NCBI GenBank assembly: GCA_041690135.1
Contig: JAWLHY010000001.1
Coordinates: forward strand, 1,120,001-1,184,000
From: Armatimonadota bacterium
GTDB taxonomy: Bacteria > Armatimonadota > SYMT01
Direction of reading: 5' to 3'
DNA: 64,000 nt
Notes under the pieces: model-generated
What the model was told of the DNA's origin: nothing
The model's database searches: none
The model's input: only the letters and a program-made list of their open reading frames with translations
Position numbers and translations under genes: made by a program
Part shown: positions 19,461 to 28,720 of the stretch, one piece after another
Layout of the letters: every line of letters starts with the position of its first letter
Numbering within the stretch: the first letter of the stretch is position 1

Positions 19461-20380
19461 GCGGCCGGGGGGGGCGGCTCCGCGACCGCGCCCTCGGTGT
19501 CCACCTCCAGGGCCATCCAGCGGGCATCGGCGCCGGCCGCCCGGACCGCGGCGACCATCGCCTCGCCCACCGCTTCCTCATTCCCGAGCGTCAGCGCGAG
19601 CATCGTGGAACCGCTGCCGCTGAGACAGGCCCCGGAGGCGCCGGCATCGAGCGCGGCCTGAACTACCGCGTGGAAGCCGGGAATGAGTTCCGCGCGGTAC
19701 GGCTGGTGGATGCGGTCTTGCATGGCCGCCCTCAAGACCGCCGTCTGGCCGGTCAGGAGCGCGGAGACGAGCAGGGCTACCCGGCTGAGGTTGAACACGG
19801 CGTCGGCCCGGCTGTACTGCTGCGGCAGCACCCGGCGCGCGTCGGCGGTGCTGACGGAAACGTTGGGGACGCACACCACCGCCCGCAGTCCGGCCGGTGT
19901 GGGGATCTCCAGGTGCAGGAGACCTTCTTCCGTGTGGGAGGTGACCTGGAAGCCACCCAGTAGCGCCGGGGTGACGTTGTCGGGATGGCCCTCCATCTCT
20001 ACCGCCAGGGCCAGGAGTTGCTCCCGGTCGAGCGGCTCTCCCAGGAGAGCGTTGGCGCCGACCAGCCCGCCGACGATGGCCGTCGAGCTGCTTCCCAGGC
20101 CGCGGCTCACGGGGATGGCATTCACCAGGCGCATGCGTAGGGGCAATGGCTCTCGACCTACTTCCCGGCAGAGACGGGCGACGGCCGTGTAGACGAGGTT
20201 GTCTTCCCCACCAGTAAGCACGCCCTCCCCCTCCCCGGCCACTTCCACCGTGACCGGTCCTTCCGCGATCTGAAAGGTCATGCGGTTGTGGAGTTTCAGG
20301 GCGAGCCCCAACGCATCGAAGCCGGGGCCGAGGTTGGTGGTGCTGGCGGGAACGCGGACAGTAACCTGGTTCAAAGACAT
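19457..20380 (-). CDS. thrB: Homoserine kinase
   Basis: VPASTTNLGPGFD, IPVSRGLGSS, EGHPDNV, LSGSGST; start at ATG 20380. Confidence 0.96.
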   Translation of the reverse strand: MSLNQVTVRVPASTTNLGPGFDALGLALKLHNRMTFQIAEGPVTVEVAGEGEGVLTGGEDNLVYTAVARLCREVGREPLPLRMRLVNAIPVSRGLGSSSTAIVGGLVGANALLGEPLDREQLLALAVEMEGHPDNVTPALLGGFQVTSHTEEGLLHLEIPTPAGLRAVVCVPNVSVSTADARRVLPQQYSRADAVFNLSRVALLVSALLTGQTAVLRAAMQDRIHQPYRAELIPGFHAVVQAALDAGASGACLSGSGSTMLALTLGNEEAVGEAMVAAVRAAGADARWMALEVDTEGAVAEPPPPAA

Positions 20381-20625
20381 GGATTTACGGAATGCGGAGC
20401 CGGGAGACCCACCGGAGTGCGAGCCCAGTACTGTATCTCCCCTTCGCGGCGGGGGGCAACTGTCCCACCCTTGCCCTTCCAACGGTTCTCACCGTTTCCA
20501 ACTTTCGACGGAAAACGGCACCAATCAGCGGACGGAACCCTAACCCCGAAAGTCGGAGCAGCCATTATTCCGGTTCGAAAGTAGCTATTCTCTCATCCCT
20601 CTATTTGACGGAGACTGGTAATCCG

Positions 20626-20976
20626 ATGCAGTCCACTGGTTCCCCGATAACGCTGGTCCGCCCCACGCACGACCTGACGGTGGAAACGATGCGCCGCACG
20701 AAGGCAGAACTGGCCGCATTGCTCGAGGAGCCGGGCCACATCCTGCTCGACCTGCGGGCGGTGAGCCTGGACAGCACCGGGCTCGGCGCCGTGCTCTCTC
20801 TACAGCGGCAACTGGAGCTGCTGGAGCGGCGCCTGGCCGTCATCGGCACGGACCCGGCATTCATGACGCTGCTGGACCGGACCGGGGCGTTCGATGCCCT
20901 GACGTTGTTCTCGGAACCCGAACCTGCCGCGGAATACCTGCGCAGCCAGCCGCATCCGGAGATCATGGCGGCCTGA
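20626..20976 (+). CDS. STAS-domain protein / anti-sigma factor antagonist
   Basis: ILLDLRAVSLDSTGLGAVL motif; about 116 aa. Confidence 0.85.
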   Translation: MQSTGSPITLVRPTHDLTVETMRRTKAELAALLEEPGHILLDLRAVSLDSTGLGAVLSLQRQLELLERRLAVIGTDPAFMTLLDRTGAFDALTLFSEPEPAAEYLRSQPHPEIMAA

Positions 20977-21235
20977 TATTCCGGACAGGACACGCCTACG
21001 ACGTGCCTGTTGAAAGGGTCCTGAGCCCGGGATCATCCACGTCCCCCATTCGGGCCAGAATGCGGGACGTGGAGGTCCGCGATGGCGTGTCCCACTTTGG
21101 GCCGGGGATCCGCGATGAGTTAGGCGCCTTCGCGGAGGAGACGGTCCATATTCGGCGGGCGCGCGTCTGGGTTGTTCGCCGCACCCACCGCCCAGGGAGC
21201 CTGGTTGTCCGTACTGAGGATAAGGGGTCCCGCTC

Positions 21236-21376
21236 CAAGATGAGTTCCCTGGCCAGGGCGAGTGGATTAGGACGAGGATAAGGGATAAAGAGTCCCGCGT
21301 AAGGACGAGTTCCTCGGCCAGGGGCTACCGATCCGTGTAAGGACGAGTTCCCTGAGCAGGGGGATGGCCACGTCGC
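21236..21376. repeat. Three direct copies of AAGGACGAGTTCCCTGNNCAGGG (REP-like family)
   Basis: Copies near 21237, 21301 and 21339; the last is the reverse complement of the 4930-4963 repeat. Confidence 0.75.
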
Positions 21377-21565
21377 TTATGGCATCAGACCCGGATGGCA
21401 TTGTGCTTCTACGAAGGGCTTATCTGGGCTGAGAAGTTGCCCCGAGTCTATCGCTCCTCGCCAAGATTACCCTGGTCATTTCCTATAAGTCCGGCGCCCA
21501 ACGCCCATTTCATCGGTTAGAATGGCGCAAGGGATACCGGGGAGGGAACGAGGAACAGGCAAGTC

Positions 21566-22153
21566 ATGCGCGAGAAGAAGCGGCGGTTGATCGTGGGAAT
21601 ATCGGGGGCCACGGGGTTCGTCTATGGGGTGCGCCTGTTGGAACTCTTGCGGGAGACGGACGTTGAGACGCATCTGGTGGTGACGAAGGCCGCCGAGATG
21701 ACGCGAGCCCACGAGACGGACCTCACCTCCGAGCAGGTGCGGGCTCTGGCGGACGTGGTCTATCCCATTAGCGATGTGGGCGCGGCGATTGCCAGCGGCT
21801 CTTTCCGTACCCTGGGCATGGTGGTGGCGCCCTGTTCGATCCGGACGCTTTCGGAAATCGCCACCGGAGTTACCAGCAATCTCCTGACTCGCGCCGCCGA
21901 CGTCTGCCTCAAGGACCGCCGGCGCCTGGTGTTGATGGTTCGGGAGACCCCCCTCCACGCCGGGCATCTAAAGAGCATGCTGGCCGTGACGGAGGCGGGC
22001 GGCGTCATCGCTCCCCCGGTCCCGGCCTTCTACTCGAACCCGAAGACCCTGGACGAAATGGTGACTCACACCGTGGGGCGGGTGCTCGACCTTTTCGAAG
22101 TGGATGTTCCCGAGTTGCGTCGGTGGGGCGAAGGTCGATCCGGGAAAGATTAA
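21566..22153 (+). CDS. ubiX: Flavin prenyltransferase UbiX
   Basis: [47 protein letters not shown]. Confidence 0.95.
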   Translation: MREKKRRLIVGISGATGFVYGVRLLELLRETDVETHLVVTKAAEMTRAHETDLTSEQVRALADVVYPISDVGAAIASGSFRTLGMVVAPCSIRTLSEIATGVTSNLLTRAADVCLKDRRRLVLMVRETPLHAGHLKSMLAVTEAGGVIAPPVPAFYSNPKTLDEMVTHTVGRVLDLFEVDVPELRRWGEGRSGKD

Positions 22154-22273
22154 ACTGGGAAGAAAGGAAAGAGCACCTGGCCATCCAGGGGGTGCAGGGG
22201 TCCCGCGATCCGCCTGGATAAACACCCACCCACACGCTTGCATAGTAGTGTGGAACTTGCGAGGCTGATATCC

Positions 22274-23320
22274 ATGATCGAGCGTCGTTTCGTTACCCGT
22301 GAACCTGAAAACAGCGAGACCCCGCTCCGGGAGGTTCGCTCCTGGATTGTTCCCACGGGCCAGTTTTTTGTACGGAACCACTTCAACGAGCCGGTCCTCG
22401 ACCTTTCGGACTGGAAACTGAAGGTGCACGGGCGCGTGCGGGATCCGAGGACCTGGACCTGGGATGACCTGAGCGTTCTGCCGACGCGGACCATATTTGC
22501 CACGATGGAGTGTGCCGGGAACGGCCGTTCGTTTCTACAGCCGGCGAAGCCGGGGGTGCAATGGGGTGCGGGTGCGGTAGGACACGCAGAGTGGACAGGG
22601 GTGCCGCTGCGGGAGGTTCTCGATCGCTGCGGTCTTCGAGACGGTGCGGTTGAGGTGTTATGCGAGGGGGATGACAGCGGGACCGAGCCTGATCATCCGG
22701 AGCCAATGCGGTTTGCGCGAGGCTTGCCCCTCGCCAAGGCTCTCCATCCGGATACGCTGCTCGCCTACCAGATGAACGGAGAGCCTCTCACCCGCAGCCA
22801 CGGCGCTCCGGTACGCCTGATCGTTCCGGGATGGTACGGCGTGTGCTCGGTGAAGTGGCTGACAAGGCTCGAGGTGCTCGATCGTCCTTTCGACGGCTAC
22901 TTCCAGACGGTGCACTACACGATCCGGGAAAAAGACGCGGCGGGAGAGCGGGTGGTTTGCCTGACCCGCACGTATGTCAAGTCGGAGATTATCCGCCCGG
23001 GTGTCGGAGACGAGTTAGCTCCCGGCGTCCACCAGGTTTCCGGCGTTGCCTGGGCGGGGGAGGAGCCGGTGACCGGAGTTGAGGTGAGCACGGACGCGGG
23101 CCGCACCTGGACTTCGGCTCGCCTGGTCGGCCCACAGGCGCCTTATTCCTGGACGCACTGGGAGTTCCTCTGGCAGGTCGACTGCCCCGGCGAATACTGC
23201 CTGATGAGCCGGGCCACTACGGCCACCGGTGATACCCAGCCCGCTGCTCACGATGATCTGCGGGGCGGCTACGCGATCAACTTCATCCGTCCTCACCCCG
23301 TGCAGGTGCGCTGCGGATAG
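22274..23320 (+). CDS. Sulfite-oxidase-family molybdopterin oxidoreductase
   Basis: FFVRNH, MECAGNGR, HGAPVRLIVPGWYG..SVKWL, VEVSTDAG. Confidence 0.92.
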   Translation: MIERRFVTREPENSETPLREVRSWIVPTGQFFVRNHFNEPVLDLSDWKLKVHGRVRDPRTWTWDDLSVLPTRTIFATMECAGNGRSFLQPAKPGVQWGAGAVGHAEWTGVPLREVLDRCGLRDGAVEVLCEGDDSGTEPDHPEPMRFARGLPLAKALHPDTLLAYQMNGEPLTRSHGAPVRLIVPGWYGVCSVKWLTRLEVLDRPFDGYFQTVHYTIREKDAAGERVVCLTRTYVKSEIIRPGVGDELAPGVHQVSGVAWAGEEPVTGVEVSTDAGRTWTSARLVGPQAPYSWTHWEFLWQVDCPGEYCLMSRATTATGDTQPAAHDDLRGGYAINFIRPHPVQVRCG

Positions 23321-23500
23321 GCGCTTCGAGACTCCGCACTTCCGAGCCGCCGGTGCGCTGGAGCGGCGAATCCGCTGCCAGTATAGCCCCGGATGCAGGT
23401 GGTTCCGGATCTGATCCGGGAGCGCTCCGACAGCGCCTGCTTTTGAACCTGTGCGGCATTGCTTAATCCCCTGTTAAGGACCGCTATACCTCCCGTTAAG

Positions 23501-23587
23501 CCGAAACCCAAATACTCTTCCAGGCAGGCCAGGGACCGGGGAGCCGTCCCCGGACAGGAAGCCTGCATCCAAATCCGAGGGTTTCGG
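23501..23587 (+). promoter_or_regulatory. Putative structured 5' leader masking the RBS
   Basis: Nested stems CCGAAACCC/GGGTTTCGG, GCAGGC/GCCTGC and CCGGGGA/TCCCCGG, ending 2 nt before ATG 23590. Confidence 0.45.
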
Positions 23588-23589
23588 AA

Positions 23590-24387
23590 ATGCCAACGAA
23601 GCAGAAACGACGCGGGTTCACCCTCATTGAGCTCCTCGTCGTGATAGCGATCATCGCCATCCTCGCCGCCATCCTCTTCCCCGTCTTTGCCCAGGCGCGG
23701 GACAAAGCGCGCTCCGCATCATGCACCTCCAACCTGCGCCAGATGGGCAACGCCCTGTTGATGTATCTGCAGGACTACGATGAGACCTTCCACAAGGGCT
23801 CACAAATGGTTTCACTCGGTGAACATGGGTTTGGTCCGGACTCGAGTATCGACGGTTGGACCAATTGGCCCTGGTTCTATGGTCCTTACGTGAAGAACGT
23901 GGGCGTGTTCGACTGTCCCACCAGTCCGGATGGGACAGACCCCGTGCTCACCGGCACGAACTGGGGGAACGACGGGAACTACGGCTACAACTACTCCGGA
24001 CTGACCCGCGACGAGGGTACTCCTCCCCGCAGCCTGGCCGAACTGGATGCCCCTGCGGACGTCTTCGTCTTCTTCGATGCCGGAGACACCCAGGTCCGCG
24101 CCGGCAATAACGACTGGCCCGGTCTTCTCGAGGAGTTGGACATGAACCTGAATTGCGACTCCAATCAGATCAGTCGCTACTCCAAGGAGGGTGCCTTTCG
24201 GCATGCGGGTCGGGTCAATGTCGCCTTTGCCGATGGTCATGTCAAGAGCCTGGACTGGTCCAAGTTCCTGACCCGTCATGCGGACAACGTGGCGCCCTGG
24301 ATGATCGGCTGGAGGGACTGCGCTCCTGGCTGCCCGCCACCTGACGCCGGACCCGGCAAATGCTTCGACCCCACCAAACTGCCCTGA
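23590..24387 (+). CDS. Prepilin-type N-terminal cleavage/methylation protein (DUF1559-like, H-X9-DG motif)
   Basis: [29 protein letters not shown]; [15 protein letters not shown]. Confidence 0.93.
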   Translation: MPTKQKRRGFTLIELLVVIAIIAILAAILFPVFAQARDKARSASCTSNLRQMGNALLMYLQDYDETFHKGSQMVSLGEHGFGPDSSIDGWTNWPWFYGPYVKNVGVFDCPTSPDGTDPVLTGTNWGNDGNYGYNYSGLTRDEGTPPRSLAELDAPADVFVFFDAGDTQVRAGNNDWPGLLEELDMNLNCDSNQISRYSKEGAFRHAGRVNVAFADGHVKSLDWSKFLTRHADNVAPWMIGWRDCAPGCPPPDAGPGKCFDPTKLP

Positions 24388-24400
24388 GGAGATCCCATCC

Positions 24401-25024
24401 ATGAGAACACTGCGAAAGGGTTTCACGCTAATCGAGTTGCTCGTGGTGATAGCGATTATCGCCATCCTCGCTGCCATCCTCTTCCCAGTTTTCGCACGGG
24501 CGCGAGAAGCGGCGCGTGCCACGAGTTGCGCTTCTAACTTGAAGCAGCTGGGGACGGCGGTGGCGATGTATGTGCAGGACTACGACGGGCGGTTTCTCAA
24601 CGGGGGGCAGACCCCTACCACCTGTCCCCTTTTTAAACTGGAGGCGTACACGAAGAACCGCCAGATCTGGGTGTGCCCTTCTGACGATAACGCCACTGTA
24701 CGAGCGATGACCGATCCGCTCCGGAGCAGCTACAACTTTAACAACCAACTCGCGGGCGACGCGGACGGCGCCATCTACCGCCCAGCGGACCTGGTGGTTA
24801 CCCACGACTCGGACCCGGGCGAACTGGGCTGGACTGAAGGCAACACCTGGGATTCCGGTGCTACCACCGACTGGCCGCATGTGCGGGGCAACGGCAACGG
24901 TCGGAACAGCTATCTGCTCCCCTGGTTCCAGCGACACAACGGCGGCTTCAATGTCCTCTTCTACGATGGGCATGTGAAGAAGGCGCGGGGGCGCGACTTC
25001 CGGGACGACAACTACATCCCCTAG
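24401..25024 (+). CDS. Prepilin-type N-terminal cleavage/methylation protein (DUF1559-like, H-X9-DG motif)
   Basis: [29 protein letters not shown]; [15 protein letters not shown]. Confidence 0.93.
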   Translation: MRTLRKGFTLIELLVVIAIIAILAAILFPVFARAREAARATSCASNLKQLGTAVAMYVQDYDGRFLNGGQTPTTCPLFKLEAYTKNRQIWVCPSDDNATVRAMTDPLRSSYNFNNQLAGDADGAIYRPADLVVTHDSDPGELGWTEGNTWDSGATTDWPHVRGNGNGRNSYLLPWFQRHNGGFNVLFYDGHVKKARGRDFRDDNYIP

Positions 25025-25033
25025 GAGACGGAT

Positions 25034-25300
25034 ATGCAGAAGGATCTCAGTCCCGCAGCTATTGCGGGAACGGCGGTGGCGCTGGTGGCGCTGTTGGGTG
25101 GGTTGTTCTGGCTCGGTTCCGGGCGGAAGTCGGCGGCCACGGACTATTCGGATAGCATCGCCAAGCGGGAAGGGACGGCGCAGTTCCAGCAAGCGGCCGA
25201 GAACTACGAGCAGTTCCGGCAGGAAAACAAGGAAGCGCTCCGGAACCAGCGACGGCTGAACCGGGACAAAGAGTATCAGCCCGAGTATGATGGCAATTGA
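25034..25300 (+). CDS. Small single-TM hypothetical protein
   Basis: AGGAG RBS 9 nt after the previous stop; N-terminal TM helix followed by a charged helical tail. Confidence 0.7.
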   Translation: MQKDLSPAAIAGTAVALVALLGGLFWLGSGRKSAATDYSDSIAKREGTAQFQQAAENYEQFRQENKEALRNQRRLNRDKEYQPEYDGN

Positions 25301-25392
25301 GTTGTTTGCACGAGTCCTGGTCGCGTTGTAAAGCGCCTTAATGGTGCTCGTGATCGAGAGGGCATGTTAGGTTCAACCGTTTCTCTCCAAAG

Positions 25393-25424
25393 TGAAGAGC
25401 CGCTCCACTCGGGGCGGCTCTTCA
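25393..25424. terminator. Terminator hairpin between convergent genes
   Basis: TGAAGAGCCGCTCC-ACTC-GGGGCGGCTCTTCA followed by a T-rich tract. Confidence 0.65.
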
Positions 25425-25460
25425 TCTCTGTTTTTGTATGCTACTTCGTTGACCGGGTTC

Positions 25461-25721
25461 TTACACCGCGGAGCGGCGGGCGCCGGTCAGGAGGCGCAGG
25501 AAGAGCACGAACAGCACCGCCCCAAGAATGGCCGGGATGATCGCGATTCCCGCGACCGACGGGCCGAAACTCAGCAGCATGCTGCCCAGCCACGCGCCGA
25601 TGAAGCCCACCAGCATCGATCCCAGCCAGCCGCCGGGCACCTTCATACCGGCGATCATTTCACCGATCGCACCCACCAGTGCCGCCACGATCAGCAGCAC
25701 GAGTAAACCAAGTAGATCCAT
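25461..25721 (-). CDS. GlsB/YeaQ/YmgE-family (transglycosylase-associated) membrane protein
   Basis: 86 aa with three TMs; GWLGSMLVGFIGAWLG, IIPAILGAVLFV; AAGGA RBS before ATG 25721. Confidence 0.88.
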   Translation of the reverse strand: MDLLGLLVLLIVAALVGAIGEMIAGMKVPGGWLGSMLVGFIGAWLGSMLLSFGPSVAGIAIIPAILGAVLFVLFLRLLTGARRSAV

Positions 25722-25928
25722 TCCTTGACTCCCAAATCCCTCGTGAAGATGGGATCCCGAGTGGAAACCCAGCCCTCCACGGAAGGCGTTGTTTACTTGC
25801 CTCTTCGGGGAGTTAGTTGGGGTGGGACCGGACCGCGCTTTCGCCCGGCCCTTCCTTCCGGATGGCCCCACCCCACCCCCCGTGGCTTGTACCCGTTGCC
25901 GGTTCTTTGCCAAACAAGAGGGGCAGGG

Positions 25929-26014
25929 TGAGAGGTGCGAGGTGGGAATTGGGGGTACGAGAGGCGCGGTGGGAAGTGCGAGATGGGAGTTGCGAAGGGC
26001 GAGGGGGAAGCGAG
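25929..26014. repeat. Degenerate heptamer tandem (TGCGAGG/TGGGAAG-like)
   Basis: Purine-rich run with approximate 7-nt period downstream of the GlnR-like gene. Confidence 0.5.
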
Positions 26015-26053
26015 TATGCGTCAGTTCAGGGCAGTTGCGCCTTGGAAGTGAGG

Positions 26054-26728
26054 TTAGCCGTTGAACCGGTAGCCGACGTTCCGGATGGTCTCGACCATGT
26101 CCTCGTACTCGGCGCCCAGCTTGGCGCGGATGCGGCGGATATGCACGTCCACCGTGCGGATGCCCCCGTAGTAATCGTAGCCCCACACCTGGTTCAGGAG
26201 CGCCTCGCGGGTGAAGACCCGCCCGCGGTGCGCTACCAGGAAGCGGAGCAACTCATACTCTTTGAAAGTGAGGTTGAGACTGCTTCCGCGGATGGCGACC
26301 GAGTAGTTCGCCTGATCGATGACGAGATCTCCGGCGTAGATGAGGTCCTCGCTGCCCACGCGGTGCGACTTCCAGAGCTGCAGCCTTACCCGAGCCAGGA
26401 GTTCGTGGGCGCTGGAAGGGAGCACCAGGAAGTCGTCGATGCCGCAGGAAGGATCGAGACGACCCGCGACTTCTTCCGTAATCAGCCACAGGAGGCAGCA
26501 GTCGTGGTTCGGACACTCCACCTCCAGGATCTCGCGCAGCTCCTTGGGCGTGAGGCGGACGGAAGTGCCGTCCAGGATGAACACGTCCGCCGGGCGAGGC
26601 GAAAACGATTGCAGGAGCGGCTCGCGCGCGGCGGCAGTGCACTGGACCGGATACCCCGCCCGGAGCAGCTCTTGCTGCCAGGGCGCGGCCGTTTTGGGGT
26701 TATCCGTAATGATCAGGATCCGCTGCAT
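26054..26728 (-). CDS. OmpR-family regulator with atypical receiver domain, GlnR-like
   Basis: LTFKEYELL...WGYDYYGGIRTVDVHIRRIRAKLG...TIRNVGYRF resembles the actinobacterial GlnR wHTH; immediately downstream of glnA. Confidence 0.85.
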   Translation of the reverse strand: MQRILIITDNPKTAAPWQQELLRAGYPVQCTAAAREPLLQSFSPRPADVFILDGTSVRLTPKELREILEVECPNHDCCLLWLITEEVAGRLDPSCGIDDFLVLPSSAHELLARVRLQLWKSHRVGSEDLIYAGDLVIDQANYSVAIRGSSLNLTFKEYELLRFLVAHRGRVFTREALLNQVWGYDYYGGIRTVDVHIRRIRAKLGAEYEDMVETIRNVGYRFNG

Positions 26729-26785
26729 GGAAACCCATCCTGCTCCCGTTGCGGTGAAGCCCGAGCGGGAGTGTGTAGTGCGGCG

Positions 26786-28120
26786 CTAGAGAATCGGAAG
26801 GTACTGGTCGAGCTCGAAATCGGTGACCTGCGCGCGGTAGCGGTTCCACTCGAGCTGCTTGTTCTCGAGCAGCTTATGGAAGACGTGCTCTCCCAGGGTT
26901 CGTCGCATGAGCTCACTCTTCTCCGCGCAGCGGATGGCGGCGTGGAGATCTTCGGGAAGGCTCTCGATGCCCTTCGCGGCCAGCTCCCCTGGGCTCAGTT
27001 CGGCGGCGTCGTATTCCGCGGCCGGCGAAAGTTCATACTCCTTCTCGATGCCATCCAGCCCGGCGCTGAGAATGCATGCGAACGCCAGGTAGGGATTGCA
27101 GGCCGGATCGGGAGACCGGAGCTCGACTCGGAAGGAGTCCTCGCGACCCGCCTGGATGGCGGGGATCCGGATCAGGTCCGACCGGTTCTGCCGAGCCCAG
27201 GAAACGAACACGGGGGCCTCGTAGCCCGGGACCAGTCGCTTGTAGGAGTTGACCCACTGGTTCAGCACCAGGGTGATTTCCGGCGCATGGGCCAGGAGAC
27301 CGGCGATATAGTGCCGGGCCGTCTTGGAGAGGTGGTCCGGGGCCTCCCCATCGTAGAGCAGGTTGCGACTGCCCTGGAACAGCGAAGTGTTGATATGCAT
27401 GCCGCTGCCGTTCTGGTTCTGGAGCGGTTTCGGCATGAAAGTGGCGTAGACGCCGTACTTCTGTGCTAGCTCCTTCACTACCAGGCGGAACGACATCACG
27501 TTGTCCGCCATCGTGAGCGCATCCGCGTAGCGGAGATCGATCTCGTGCTGGCTGTGGGCGACCTCGTGATGGCTGAAGTCGACGTCGATCCCCATTTCCT
27601 CGAGCGTCAGGATCGTATCCCGGCGGATGTCGGTAGCCACGTCCTGCGGAGTGAGGTCGAAGTAGCCGCCCTCGTCCAACGTCTCCGGCTTTCCGCGACC
27701 GCTCCGGAAGTAAAAGAACTCCAACTCGGGGCCCACGTAGAACGTGTAGCCCATGGAAGCTGCCCGCTCGAGGGTCCGCCGCAGTACCCAGCGCGGGTCC
27801 CCTTCGTAAGGGGTGCCATCCGGCTTGACGATGTCGCAGAACATCGCAGCCACGGCGGCCTGCTTGTCGTTCCTCCAGGGCAACAACTGGAAAGTCGAGG
27901 GGTCCGGCAGCGCGCGCATGTCGCTCTCTTCGCGCCGGGCGAATCCCTGGATGGAAGAGCCGTCGAAGCTGACGCCGGCTTCCAGCGCATCCTCGAGCTG
28001 GGCGATGGTGACCGCCACGCTCTTGAGAAAGCCCAGGATGTCCGTGAACCAGAGGCGGATGAACTTGACGTTGTGGTCCCGTGCCCGCTTCAGCACGTAT
28101 TCGATATCGCTGCCCTGCAT
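26786..28120 (-). CDS. glnA: Glutamine synthetase type I (alpha/GlnA2-like)
   Basis: FIRLWFTDILG, FDGSSIQGF, HHEVAHSQHEI, ATFMPKP, NGSGMH, SYKRLVPGYEAP, ELRSPDPACNPYL. Confidence 0.96.
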   Translation of the reverse strand: MQGSDIEYVLKRARDHNVKFIRLWFTDILGFLKSVAVTIAQLEDALEAGVSFDGSSIQGFARREESDMRALPDPSTFQLLPWRNDKQAAVAAMFCDIVKPDGTPYEGDPRWVLRRTLERAASMGYTFYVGPELEFFYFRSGRGKPETLDEGGYFDLTPQDVATDIRRDTILTLEEMGIDVDFSHHEVAHSQHEIDLRYADALTMADNVMSFRLVVKELAQKYGVYATFMPKPLQNQNGSGMHINTSLFQGSRNLLYDGEAPDHLSKTARHYIAGLLAHAPEITLVLNQWVNSYKRLVPGYEAPVFVSWARQNRSDLIRIPAIQAGREDSFRVELRSPDPACNPYLAFACILSAGLDGIEKEYELSPAAEYDAAELSPGELAAKGIESLPEDLHAAIRCAEKSELMRRTLGEHVFHKLLENKQLEWNRYRAQVTDFELDQYLPIL

Positions 28121-28720
28121 CGTATTACCACCCTAATTCCAGGCCGCGTCGCCGGGATCCGGGCCCCTCCGGTCCAACAGGCGCCGCAACGGAAGCCTTA
28201 CTCCCGGCCGGTGCCCGCCTCCGTAATTGGCTTCCCCTTCCAACCGCGCGGCCAAGAAATCTGCGCATTCGGAAAGAGGAACCGGCTCAGTATGAAAAGG
28301 GAACGCCTAAAGATTAAAGACGTGGGCCTTATATCGCGGCGTGTTGATGTCGGACAACCGCGGCGGGGCCGGTGACGGTTGACAGGCCCCGTGGAAGTCG
28401 GTTATCCTCTCGCCGCCGCGGAAACATCCCTCCCGATCGAGCTTTCTCGTCCGTTTAGGCCAACCCGGATGCCGTGCGTACGGGTGCCTTCCGGCAGTGC
28501 CGGCCCATGGCTGATAGAAGGCCGAGAACGTGCCAATCTGGCCCACCACCGGACAGTCGCACGGAGTTAAGCTATAATCGTCGGCGGACCGGATGGAATC
28601 GGACAGGACTTTTCCCTTCCGCATTCCGCCGTTCCGGGCACAGTCACCCCCAGGGTGGCGGTGGCACCAGCAATACGGTCCGAGGGCCGAGACCCCTACC
28701 GCAGGAAGGAGGCAACCCCT

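Noticed and set aside
21236-21376. Possible mini CRISPR array
   Set aside because: Only three degenerate copies, very unequal spacers (about 40 and 15 nt), no cas genes, and the unit is a dispersed repeat seen elsewhere in the window.
23520-23570. Cobalamin riboswitch (AGGGA..CCGG and CAGGAAGCCTGC resemble parts of the B12 box)
   Set aside because: Far too short and lacks the other conserved elements; kept only as an unassigned leader.
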